Positions 7,501 to 16,094 of a stretch of DNA of 64,000 nucleotides are shown one piece after another. Position numbers and translations under genes: made by a program. Within the stretch, counting starts at the first letter, position 1; every line of letters begins with the position of its first letter. A model generated the notes under the pieces. The model was not told where the DNA came from. It made no database searches and saw nothing but the letters and a program-made list of their open reading frames with translations. This DNA comes from Candidatus Binatia bacterium (GTDB lineage: Bacteria > Desulfobacterota > Binatia > Bin18): the NCBI GenBank assembly GCA_963664395.2, contig OY761159.2, positions 3,264,001 to 3,328,000 on the forward strand, read 5' to 3'.

Positions 7501-10108
7501 CGTTGACGTTGACGACGATTGGTTCACGAGGATCAACAACGGCCAGCTTGTCAGCCAGGCATCTGATTTTGACATCGAGGAGGTCATCGCCCATGCTGAC
7601 ACCAAAGGCGTTGCCATCACCATCTATGTAGACCAGAGGCCGGCTGGCCGGATCACCAACACGACGGACAAGCAGCTCTATCAGCTCTTCAGCAATTTGG
7701 GCGGCTCGGCTATTAAGTACGGCTTCAGGAGCAACGACGCACCGTTCACCCGCGCCGCGCTCCGAGGCACCGCGGCAAAACAGATGCTGATCAATTTCCA
7801 CGACGATCCGACCCCCATGACTGGGGCGCGCCGGACAATGCCAAACGCCATCACCCGGCAGACAGGGTGGGGCCAACAGGACAACCGCACGGCCTTCGCA
7901 CCAACGGATTTCCTGGAAATGGCAATGATCAATGCCTTGCTGGGACCCTTCGATCAAGTCAACGGCATCTACGACCTCAACGAAATGCCGGATCGGGACA
8001 ATGGCTCCGACAATCTCATCAATTCCACCGTCGCCGGCGAAAACGCGCGGGTTCTGATCATGTTCAGCGGCATGATCAAGCTGCCGGATGTGCCGGAGGA
8101 ATACGCCAAGAAGGCCGACATGTTCGAATTCCTGCGGGAAATGCCGGTGACCTGGGACGAGACCCGCATCCTGCACAGCTCCCTGCCCCACTACATCACC
8201 ACGGCCCGACGCAGCGGCAAGGCGTGGTTTGTGTGCTCGGCCACGAACGAAAGCGTGAAAACCCTGAACAGCACCCTGGATTTCCTCGAGGCCGGCGTGA
8301 CCTACAATGTGACCTACTACGAAGACGATCATGATGGGACGCCGCCGACCCACTACATCGACAACCGCGAAACGTACCAAGTCCGTACCGGGATGGTGAC
8401 CAGCGCCGATACGGTGTCCGCCGTCATGGTCGCAGGAGGCGGCCACTGTATGTGGATTCGCACGCAGCCGGTGCCGCCACAGCCCGGCCACCCGGTGGAC
8501 GGGGTCCGGCCGGTGCTCCAGGGTGCGACGGTGGGTGGGGCCACACTGACGCTGACCTACAATGAGGCGCTCGACGAGGACTCGACGCCTGCGGCGAACG
8601 ATTTCACGGTGGATGTCGCGAGCGCCGAGAGGCTGCTAACCCAGGTTCTGGTGAGCGGCCGCACGGTCACGCTGACGCTGATATCGGAGGTAACGCCGGG
8701 CGAGACGGTCAAGGTGAGCTATACCGCGGGGACGCGCCCGATCCGGGACGCGGCGGGCAACGCGGCCGTAGATCTGACCGAATACACGGTGGGCACGCCG
8801 CCTCCCGTAGTCATCACGCCCCCACGCCCGCCCACCACGGGTGGTGGCGGTGGTGGCGGCGGTGGCGGCGGCGGTGGTGGTGGTGGTGGTGGCGGCGGCG
8901 GCGGTGGCGCCTGTACACAGGACGACGTACACGGTAACAGCCCTGCACAAGCCACTGACTTGGCCCTGTCTGTTGCGACCGCCGGTGCTGTCTGTCCAGC
9001 CGCGGACGTGGATTATTTTACCGTGACCGCCCCCGGCCAAGGACTCCTCTTTGTGGACACTCCCGGTGGAGGACAGACTCGCGGGACCATCTGGCAGAAC
9101 GACGCGGTCTTGGCGGCTGGCTCCACGGGGAGTGGTCAGCAGCCCGACCGGCTGGGCGCCCGCGTTGCGGCGGGGCCGGTCGTGGTGGCCGTGCAAGGCC
9201 AAGGCGGGGCAACCGGTGCCTACGCCCTGGTTGTCAGCTTCGTGCGGGGCTACCTGGAGAACCCTGGCCCGGATTCCTTCCAGGGTGGCGTGGGGGTACT
9301 GTCGGGTTGGGTGTGTGCCGCGAACCAAGTCGAGATCGCGATTGGGAACCTCCCGCCGCAAGTGGCGGCGTATGGGACCGAGCGGGTGGACACGGCCGGG
9401 ATGTGCGGGGATACGGACAACGGCTTTGGGCTGTTGTTCAACTGGAATCTGTTGGGGGATGGGGAGCATGAGGTGGTCGCCTTGGTCGATGGGGTGGAGT
9501 TAGGCCGGGCGACGGTGACCGTGACGACGTTGGGCGAAGAGTTTCTGCGGGGCGCCGCAGGGACTTGTGAGGCGGAGGACTTCCCGACGCTCGGCGAGAC
9601 GGTGACCCTCGTGTGGCAGCAGAATAGTCAGAACTTTGTCATGGCACGGGGGAGTGCCCCGGCCAAGGCTATCACGAGCAGACCGAGGGGGCTGACGGGG
9701 TATCTGGGGAATCCAGGCCACAATTCCTTTCAGAGCGGCATTGGCGTCCTCTCGGGCTGGGTGTGTGAGGCGAATCAGGTCGAGCTCGCAATTGGGGACC
9801 TCCCGCCGCAAGTGGCGGCGTATGGGACCGAGCGGCGGGACACGCGAGAGGTGTGTGGGGATACGGACAATGGCTTTGGGTTATTGTTCAACTGGAATCT
9901 ATTAGGGGACGGAGAACATGTCGTGGTCGCCTTTGTGGATGGGGTGGAACTGGGGCGAGCCACGGTGCAGGTGACAACCTTGGGGCAGGAATTCCTGCGG
10001 GGAGCTGAGGGCGAGTGTGTCGCGGACGACTTTCCCCGCCTGGGGCAGCAGGTGTGGCTGGCGTGGCAGCAGAATAGCCAGAACTTCGTGATTGTGGACG
10101 TGGAGTAG
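4529..10108 (+). CDS. Large secreted multidomain glycoside hydrolase: GH29-like barrel, CBM-like, Ig-like, SwmB, GH97, SwmB, poly-Gly, PPC-like, 2x LENP module
   Basis: 1859 aa. Signal-like N-terminus; WMRDGKYGLHV...GWWFD (GH29-like); SwmB-like AVDGARLTLAYNEELD twice; GH97 features YTVSSPDG, SPWRVVLVG, WVKPGK, PVTWDETRIL, ARRSG; Gly23 linker. Confidence 0.85.
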   Translation: MRLLRSLLPRTANMLRTVCLSRRVYSLVFVLGCLTMLSVHGGPVFAAYNNPATDWMRDGKYGLHVKYLNWIRRNETTIEEFNQWVNAFDVNAFAEDVELTGASWVIWGLGRTWFNSPNAPLESTVGDFTSDRDLPLEIYDALHERGIRLMLYAAGDKARTGENSAGKVALGWDGINDNYTRTFVNNWADALQVWSDRYGTKVSGWWFDHSYPDYAVSDTACGTSNPELAIYRTHLLSGNPDDGIVGINHGNRMGGELCHSPEDDYRAGHIREDSLEVASSRWWNGLQWHYMFPIGTSGWGSPYVRWDTQDQIDYVIENNRHEGVNTFSVFVYTMPGESAEGVVKVPGHLSNAQLRQLAALRDASLGFVDNTSSDISFNGTWAKQDDGMDFRGSTSWSAVADNYAEVAFTGTGVEVVVRKGPNGGLVNVVVDGAVVVDDFDTYSSTTEYKQTIYDNQTLSSGSHTIRLVATGEKNASATAADAMLDYFAVTKADTTAPRVLSITSDATHPAKDSFTVTIDFLEDVTGLTAGEIVVTNGTGANLTGTGASYTLDIEPIANLAGEVTVRVPADAAEDEGNNGNLERSETFAVDAQAPAFQNAAVDGARLTLAYNEELDRFSVPPTNAFTVTGSAQAQTVSQVVVGGTVVELTLNPGVEQGEAGIRVNYTQGMNPIRDVPGNQAEGLSQVSVTTDNLSPLPLLPLYTVSSPDGSLTATVAATSGNLSYTVSRDGTTLIADSPLSIRDAAAHTVTGNATTSHDSTWEPTWGQFSRIRDHHNRLTLNLDVGGLLFDLIFQVYDDGLGFRFVADEQASLSGKILSYKVRYNMDGSYWAYWPMGESSPEGPHPMDALPSNPRRSVVVVYAAGNDEYFALLESDLFSADAFEAIKFWRVTGEAALKTNHKSQTVPAGDFVSPWRVVLVGDTPGDLLESTVALNLAAPLALDDASWVKPGKGLSNWRTLGYQTDDGLFTYRLNTATLKRLIDFAADNGIEYVDVDDDWFTRINNGQLVSQASDFDIEEVIAHADTKGVAITIYVDQRPAGRITNTTDKQLYQLFSNLGGSAIKYGFRSNDAPFTRAALRGTAAKQMLINFHDDPTPMTGARRTMPNAITRQTGWGQQDNRTAFAPTDFLEMAMINALLGPFDQVNGIYDLNEMPDRDNGSDNLINSTVAGENARVLIMFSGMIKLPDVPEEYAKKADMFEFLREMPVTWDETRILHSSLPHYITTARRSGKAWFVCSATNESVKTLNSTLDFLEAGVTYNVTYYEDDHDGTPPTHYIDNRETYQVRTGMVTSADTVSAVMVAGGGHCMWIRTQPVPPQPGHPVDGVRPVLQGATVGGATLTLTYNEALDEDSTPAANDFTVDVASAERLLTQVLVSGRTVTLTLISEVTPGETVKVSYTAGTRPIRDAAGNAAVDLTEYTVGTPPPVVITPPRPPTTGGGGGGGGGGGGGGGGGGGGGGGACTQDDVHGNSPAQATDLALSVATAGAVCPAADVDYFTVTAPGQGLLFVDTPGGGQTRGTIWQNDAVLAAGSTGSGQQPDRLGARVAAGPVVVAVQGQGGATGAYALVVSFVRGYLENPGPDSFQGGVGVLSGWVCAANQVEIAIGNLPPQVAAYGTERVDTAGMCGDTDNGFGLLFNWNLLGDGEHEVVALVDGVELGRATVTVTTLGEEFLRGAAGTCEAEDFPTLGETVTLVWQQNSQNFVMARGSAPAKAITSRPRGLTGYLGNPGHNSFQSGIGVLSGWVCEANQVELAIGDLPPQVAAYGTERRDTREVCGDTDNGFGLLFNWNLLGDGEHVVVAFVDGVELGRATVQVTTLGQEFLRGAEGECVADDFPRLGQQVWLAWQQNSQNFVIVDVE
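8840..8908 (+). repeat. (GGY)23 poly-glycine linker
   Basis: 69 nt of GGT/GGC codons between the cargo domains and the PPC/LENP tail. Confidence 0.95.
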
Positions 10109-10171
10109 AGGACCCGCTCACTCCTCTTTTTATAGAGTCAGTATGAAAAGAACGGGAAGATTGCCTGCTGC

Positions 10172-10234
10172 CAGTGGGCGGCGTATTTGACCGAGGAACG
10201 CGGCACGGTCGTGCCGCTGGTGCGACGAGGGTAA
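10172..10234 (+). pseudogene. Extreme C-terminus of a P4-like integrase (QWAAYLTEERGTVVPLVRRG*)
   Basis: Continues the fragment at 3856-3963. Both share the 14-bp direct repeat CAGTGGGCGGCGTA (3949-3962 and 10172-10185). Confidence 0.6.
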
Positions 10235-10329
10235 GCTCCGAGCGACCAAACACGGGTGGTCATGGCCAGGGTTTTTATGCACCGGGTGATGGGCACTCTG
10301 CAAAAAAATGGGACTCTTCCGCTTTGGAC

Positions 10330-10603
10330 TTATGGGCCGTCTTGCCACACCGTGCCCACCGTATCGACCCGTCCCGTGGTCTCGACCACCAGCGTCCCGG
10401 CTGGGGCGGCGGGGACGGTCGGGCCACCCCAGGACCGGCAAGGCACTAGCGCAGAGCAGAAAACGCTCCCACCTGCCGAGAACCGAGCCGAGGGTCTGTC
10501 CGAATGTGCGGATGGACTGCCGCATGTCACCAGGCGCTACATAATCTGAACGGGCAGGGGCGGGTCGCCCGGCTGCCATACACCACAGGCGTGTCAAAAA
10601 CAT
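10330..10603 (-). pseudogene. Internally deleted relic of a surface-protein gene (leader plus PPC-like fragment)
   Basis: GAGGAG RBS and ATG at 10603. A second frame encodes PAGTLVVETTGRVDTVGTVWQDG, homologous to AGILSVETTGSTATMGTVWQNG in the 1..606 segment. Confidence 0.6.
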
Positions 10604-10739
10604 GCACGGCTCCTCCTCTTCCAGCCACCTCTCCGTCCTCTGCCGAGCTGTTGGTGTGGCGGCACGGCGTCGGTGTGGATGTTGCGGTCACCGACCCCCA
10701 GGGAAGGCCCCTTATAATTCAATGCCGTAGCCCGGCCCC

Positions 10740-10753
10740 CTATCAAATGGTAG
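10740..10753. promoter_or_regulatory. Palindromic operator CTATCAAATGGTAG, copy 3
   Basis: One mismatch to consensus. About 70 bp of flank is homologous to copy 1. On the minus strand TATAAG lies 23 nt downstream. Confidence 0.7.
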
Positions 10754-10774
10754 AAAAATAACCCCGCCCTGGGG

Positions 10775-11911
10775 TCAGACGAACGTGGCGACCGACAGCA
10801 CCAGCCGCACCAAGTCCACCTTCCCGGAGAGACCCTGCTTGTGGTAGATTTGATGCAGGTACCACCGGACCGAGCGTTCCGTATACTCCAGCGCCACAGC
10901 AATCTCGCGTACGGTCTGGCCTTCCGCCACCCAGGCCGCGATCTGGCTCTCCACCGGTGTCAGCCCCAGGGTCACGGCCACTAGGGCAGGGTCGATGTGG
11001 GACACCAGCCCCCGCTCGACCAGCAGCACCTGGGCAGCCACGCGCCCCGCCCCAAAGTCCATCTGCCGGACCCCCACCGGTTTGACGTGCACCACGAACG
11101 GTGGCAGCGCGGACGCGCGGTGGAGCCGCATTGACCCACTGACGGCGGGCGCACTGGAGGTCGGCAGTGCGGCGGCGACCAGCCGCTCCAGGCAGGCATG
11201 GTCAGCCGGCACGCGGGCGGCCAGCACGCCGCCCCGGTCCATCAGCCCATCGCCGTTTTGCAGGATGGCATGGGCACGGTCATTGGCCTCCACGATCTGC
11301 CTACGCCGGTCCAAGTAGATGACCCCGATCCGAGAGATGTCGAGCAGGGCGGTCATGGACGCGCCCAGTGCTTCGGCTTTGGCCAGCGCCTGCCGGATGC
11401 GGACAAATTGCCGGATATGGGGCAGTAGCCCTTTGACCAGCGTGAGTTGCGAGGACTCCCAACCACCTGGGGTGACCGGGTCAAAGGGGTGCCAGGCAAT
11501 ATGGGAGTCGTCAGACCCGTCCAGGCGGACATTCAAGCCATCCTGGCAATGCCAACGGGGAAACGCCTCGTTGTAGGTCGGCGAGGTCTTCAACTCTTGG
11601 GGGATGTACAGGGCGGGGGTGTGCACCACGCGGCTGTCGGGCAGTTGCCGGAAACGCGGTATGCCTTCGTTGATAGGGTGGTAGACTTCAAGGTACTCGC
11701 GCTCCCAGTCCTCACGGCGCTCCCCCCGGTAGTAGGAGCCGAGGAAGAAGACCCGGCTATCGTCCTGTGAGCCTTCGCGAATTATGAGGGAGTTGCCCAC
11801 CATGCCGCAGGCATCATCAATCAGCGCCGAGGTGGCCGGCCATAAGGTATCGTCAAGCATGGCGTCGTATAACGACGCCAGGATCCGCTCAAACGCGTCT
11901 TGGTCACTCAT
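10775..11911 (-). CDS. LuxR-type HTH transcriptional regulator with N-terminal GAF/PAS-like sensor regions
   Basis: 378 aa. C-terminal LGLTPVESQIA...GQTVREIA...SVRWYLHQIYHKQG HTH; PAS-like GVIYLDRRRQIVEANDRA. Confidence 0.88.
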   Translation of the reverse strand: MSDQDAFERILASLYDAMLDDTLWPATSALIDDACGMVGNSLIIREGSQDDSRVFFLGSYYRGERREDWEREYLEVYHPINEGIPRFRQLPDSRVVHTPALYIPQELKTSPTYNEAFPRWHCQDGLNVRLDGSDDSHIAWHPFDPVTPGGWESSQLTLVKGLLPHIRQFVRIRQALAKAEALGASMTALLDISRIGVIYLDRRRQIVEANDRAHAILQNGDGLMDRGGVLAARVPADHACLERLVAAALPTSSAPAVSGSMRLHRASALPPFVVHVKPVGVRQMDFGAGRVAAQVLLVERGLVSHIDPALVAVTLGLTPVESQIAAWVAEGQTVREIAVALEYTERSVRWYLHQIYHKQGLSGKVDLVRLVLSVATFV

Positions 11912-12077
11912 GCCGGTGCGTCCTTGTCCGGTGTTTCCAGTGAGGCGCAGTCATGGAGTCCGGACAGGAAAAGAAGAGCTGTGCTCGAACGGAGCGCCCC
12001 CATATGCCTTCAGCGCTTCACAAGAGAAGTTCATATACATGCTGTTCGCATATGCGTACCAAACCCTGCGGGCCCGG

Positions 12078-12099
12078 TCACCTATCAAATGATAGGTGA
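12078..12099. promoter_or_regulatory. Extended palindromic operator TCACCTATCAAATGATAGGTGA, copy 4 (upstream of the regulator itself)
   Basis: 10-bp perfect arms around a central AA, ~170 bp upstream of the 11911 start. Confidence 0.75.
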
Positions 12100-12122
12100 G
12101 ACGCACCGCCCGGTGGTCCGGC

Positions 12123-12176
12123 GAGTGCGGCCACCGATAACACCCGCCGTACCACGTCCACCTGCCGGAGAGACCC
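12123..12176 (-). pseudogene. 3' end relic of another luxR paralog
   Basis: Reads (GLS)RQVDVVRRVLSVAAL, versus GLSGKVDLVRLVLSVATF in the intact gene. Nucleotide similarity to 10781-10836. Confidence 0.65.
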
Positions 12177-12370
12177 GGACGCCAAACTGGGCTTTAGCTT
12201 TTGTGGCAATCGCATGGCGCCCGTCGGCGACCTTGGGCCGTATGCCAGCCGGCTGCTCCAGGCGACAGAGTCCTCACTGTAGGGCTGAAGTCGTGATGTC
12301 GCCGGAGAGGGGCTGGGGAAATGGGTAGGTATCAGGGCCGTCCTTTGGTACTCTGTAAGTGGAGTTTCCG

Positions 12371-12985
12371 ATGACGAGCGTTCCAGTATATGAGCCGAGT
12401 CCGCCGTTGGTGTTGCATACGCGACCGGCGATCGACCTGAGCCCTGAGCAATTCTATGAGTTCTGTTTGCTGAACAGCGAATGGCGTATCGAGCGAACCG
12501 CTGAGGGAGACCTGCGGATTATGGCGCCAGCCGGAGGAGGAACGGGCAGTCGGAACGCAATCATCACCTCAATGCTCACAACCTGGGCGTTGCAAGACGG
12601 AAGGGGCGTCGCCTTTGACTCTTCTACCGGGTTTACCTTGCCAAACGGAGCAACCCGTTCCCCCGATGCCGCCTGGGTGCAGCGCGCCCGCCTGACGGTA
12701 TTGACTGCCGAACAAAAGGAGAAATTCCTGCCCCTATGCCCTGACTTCGTGATTGAATTACGCTCCCCGTCCGATGACCTCGGGAGTGTGCAGGAGAAGA
12801 TGCAGGAATACCTGGACAATGGTGCTCAATTGGGTTGGCTGATTGATCCCTCCACGCGACAGGTCTACGTCTACCGTCCGTCTGTCACAGTTGAGCGGGT
12901 AGACGATCCCCCCCGCATGTCAGGAGACCCGGAACTCCCCGGCTTTGTGCTGGAGTTGATGCCTATTTGGGAACCGCTGTTTTGA
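12371..12985 (+). CDS. Uma2 (DUF820) family PD-(D/E)xK endonuclease-fold protein
   Basis: IERTAEG, FDSSTGFTLPNGA.RSPDAAW, CPDFVIELRSPSD, KMQEY...LGWLIDP. Confidence 0.92.
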   Translation: MTSVPVYEPSPPLVLHTRPAIDLSPEQFYEFCLLNSEWRIERTAEGDLRIMAPAGGGTGSRNAIITSMLTTWALQDGRGVAFDSSTGFTLPNGATRSPDAAWVQRARLTVLTAEQKEKFLPLCPDFVIELRSPSDDLGSVQEKMQEYLDNGAQLGWLIDPSTRQVYVYRPSVTVERVDDPPRMSGDPELPGFVLELMPIWEPLF

Positions 12986-13273
12986 GGCGGGGTGGGGCGT
13001 TTGGGTCTCTATTCTAGGTGCTATCTCTCCATAAATAATCACACCGCTATACTCCGAGTTGACATCCGCTCTCGTATTGGGCTGGTTCTTGTCCGTCAAC
13101 ACTGCATGGGACTCGCTACGTCGGGTCACCTGCTCAATAGAACAGCCAGATACCCGGCGTGGGGTCGCTCCCCGTGCCCCGGTAAATAGGCGGGGACTTC
13201 ACACTTCCATGTGGTGTTGACAATGGCCCGGCATACTGGCTGGGTACACTGTATGTCATACGGGGAGATGGAT

Positions 13274-15324
13274 ATGACTTACCGGACAAAGGATACAGAC
13301 ACTATCTGGAAAGGATACAGCGCGGTGGGCGTGGGCGGCATTATCCTGTTGCTCTTCCTCAGTTGTCGTCTGGCCTCCGCCCAGGCAACGCTGGAAAATC
13401 CCCAGCTGAACTCTCGTTTCAGAGCGGTATTAGCGTAATCTCGGGCTGGGCGTGTGACGCGATTGCGGTCGTTATTGCCATCGATGACGATGAGAACTTC
13501 GACGAAGATGCCGACGGATTTGCCGATGCCGATGTCGAGCTGCTATTCCCAGTCTATGGCACAAGCCGAGGGGATACGATGGGCGTGTGCGGTGACACCG
13601 ACAACGGCTTTGGAGTGTTATACAACTGGAATAATCTCGGAGATGGGGTGTATACCGTGTGGGCGGGTTATGTAGGGCTAGATTCCGATGGAAACTCCAC
13701 GACGACCCTGTCTGCCCCGGTTGCGGTCACTGTGACGACACTCGGCTATGAATTTCTCAGGGGCGTGGAGAGGGAAGCAAGCTTTACGGGCTTTCCGTCT
13801 GCCGGAGACGGAATCAATCTTCAGTGGCAACAGAGTCTCCAGAATTTCGTCATCCGAGGGACTGCTAGTGCGAGCGGTGGTAATGCGGGCGCTCCGCCGA
13901 AGATTTTAGAAAATCCTCAGCCGGGGGCGTTTGTGAGTGGAATCGGTACCATCTCGGGCTGGGTGTGTGATGCCAACACGATAGAGATCGAGTTTGATAA
14001 TGACGCGGCCAACAGGTGGCAAGCGGGTTATGGGACGGCGCGAGTGGATACGTATGGTGTGTGCGGTGACGCCAACAACGGCTTTGGGCTGTTGTACAAT
14101 TGGAATAATCTCGGAGATGGCATTCACACTGTTCGTGCTCTCGCTGACGGCGTAGAGTTTGCCAGTGCAACGGTCGCGGTGACGACATTCGGAGAAGAAT
14201 TTCTCAGGGGTGCCAGCGGCACCTTTACGGTATCCGACTTTCCTCAACCTGGGGTCAGTGTTGATCTCCTGTGGCAGCAGAGTCAGCAGAATTTTACCAT
14301 CTCCAGAGTCTCCGGAGATGGGTCTGAGGGAGTACGCGCTGGTTTAGCGGCACTGAAGGCTGGCAATATGCGTGAAGCCAACACCGCTTTTCGTCGGGCA
14401 ACGATAAACGACCCGGCCGACACGACCGCCGGCTTCTATCATGCTTTGACCCGAATTCTGACAAAAGTGATTGACACGCCCCAACTCAGAGAACTTGCTC
14501 GTCGTAGCGATATATCCCTCAGTGGCGATGCCAGTGACGTTTGCCCGTTGGACCTCTCGCTTCCGAAAGATTTTCCGCACAGCGCCCCGCGAACCGAAGA
14601 GATCCTCGACGCCTTGCGAGATGTCCTCGTACCAGAGATTGATGCGGCTCTCACGACCCTGAACGGACTTCCCACCTCCATGGAAGTTCCTTTTGTTCTG
14701 GGGAATCTACCGCCCTGCTTGTCGGGAATCGCTGATGATTTTGTCGTCGAGATTGACCGGAGTGATGTGCAGACGCTCATCGCCATCTTACGGGCAATCC
14801 GGGGCGCGTCAGCAGTTCTTGCCGCGTATGACGTAGATGTGAGTTTGCAAGTGCTAACAACATCGACCCTGCAAGAAGTCCTGGCCGCAGAACCGACGAT
14901 TCTTTCCTTAGTGTCGCGCACACGTCTTTCGTCGGCACGGACGTTCTTTGACCAAGCCTTAACACAGGCGAGCCAGGCTATTCAGTCGGCTTTGGCGGAG
15001 ACGGACAGTCAAGCGGACGACCTCCTTGTTATTACTCCAGGGGATATTTCAGACGCCCAACGTCTCAGGCGGACTCTGGATTTCGTACGCCAGTCCTTGT
15101 ATGGGACCGTCGTACTACCGACAGATATTGGTCTCAACGATCCTGAACGACTGAACTTGAGTCTATTCTTTTCAGGTCGTCTCGGAGCGTTACGGTCGTT
15201 GGTGCCGGCTCCTGACGGGAGCTTCCCTGATCCGACGTTCGGCGGAATGGCTCCGGACTTAACGCAGCAAGATATCGAGGAATACCTCCCGGAGAAGGTC
15301 CTGACGTGGTTGAGGCGTGAATGA
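13274..15324 (+). CDS. Secreted protein with two N-terminal LENP modules and a helical C-terminal domain; frameshift at ~13413
   Basis: GGGGAG RBS and ATG 13274, signal peptide ending ASA-QA, then LENPQLNS. The frame changes at AACTCTCGTTTCAG to FQSGISVISGWAC (ORF 13363..15324). Confidence 0.8.
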
Positions 15325-16070
15325 TAAGCGCGACACAAGTCTTCAGAGGAGTCCGATTAGCGCGTTGGCTTCTCTGTGTCAGTGTCCTGAGCCTATGCTT
15401 AGGTGCTATCCTGTTGAGTTTTTACAACCAGCGTGAAGAACCCACCCTTTCTCCCAAGACTGGTGCAAGCGTATCTTTACAAGAATTTCGGACCACGCTG
15501 CTTGCGAACGGTCGTCCTCAGTTGCACGTCTCTGGAGACTCATTACGCATTTCTAAAACGCGCCTTATAGGTCCATTTCGCCTCGGCTTCATGCACACCC
15601 TTAAGGGGCAGAATATTGCGATTGAGATCGTTGATATGGCGGAGTTTGAAGCGACTCAATATACAGGTGATTCCGCCTTTTCGCCTCAACACATTCTCTC
15701 CCGCCTTGCCCCACAACAGACATTGGGGATCATATCCAGGATTGACCTGCAATCTGTCTCCTTGCAACTCAACCGAGACGAGCAGTTTTTTCTGAGTCTC
15801 TCTGCCGACCGCGCACAGGTCAAGCTCGGCAGTCCGAAGGTGAAGCTCCGGGGACATGTCACATTACGTTCTCATACCGGAGAGCGGCTCAGCGCGGAGG
15901 AGATGCGCTGGGACCAGCAAAATAAGGTCCTTGAGGTGGAAGGGGACTATGTCTTGGCAAGGCCCCACGCAGAGCAACGGGGCGCCAACGCATCATTTAT
16001 CGTCGACCGGAACGGTGCTCTGAAACGCTATTCCCGTACCCCACGAATTGCTCTCGGTGAGACATCGTAG
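15321..16070 (+). CDS. Membrane-anchored periplasmic protein, LptC/OstA-like beta-jellyroll
   Basis: Overlaps the upstream stop. N-terminal TM segment; LSADRA...VKLRGHVTL...RLSAEEMRWD resembles LptC-type repeats. Confidence 0.55.
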   Translation: MISATQVFRGVRLARWLLCVSVLSLCLGAILLSFYNQREEPTLSPKTGASVSLQEFRTTLLANGRPQLHVSGDSLRISKTRLIGPFRLGFMHTLKGQNIAIEIVDMAEFEATQYTGDSAFSPQHILSRLAPQQTLGIISRIDLQSVSLQLNRDEQFFLSLSADRAQVKLGSPKVKLRGHVTLRSHTGERLSAEEMRWDQQNKVLEVEGDYVLARPHAEQRGANASFIVDRNGALKRYSRTPRIALGETS

Positions 16071-16094
16071 GCGCTCAAAGTCTTGTTCAGCCGC

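Noticed and set aside
6887-8491. Long antisense ORFs (also 25176..26309, 27058..28575, 28867..30321, 32380..33279)
   Set aside because: Shadow frames opposite well-supported genes in GC-rich DNA, with no motifs.
9254-10092. Tandem LENP copies as the TR/VR pair of a diversity-generating retroelement
   Set aside because: Differences are not adenine-specific, both copies are in-frame coding, and no reverse transcriptase is in the window.
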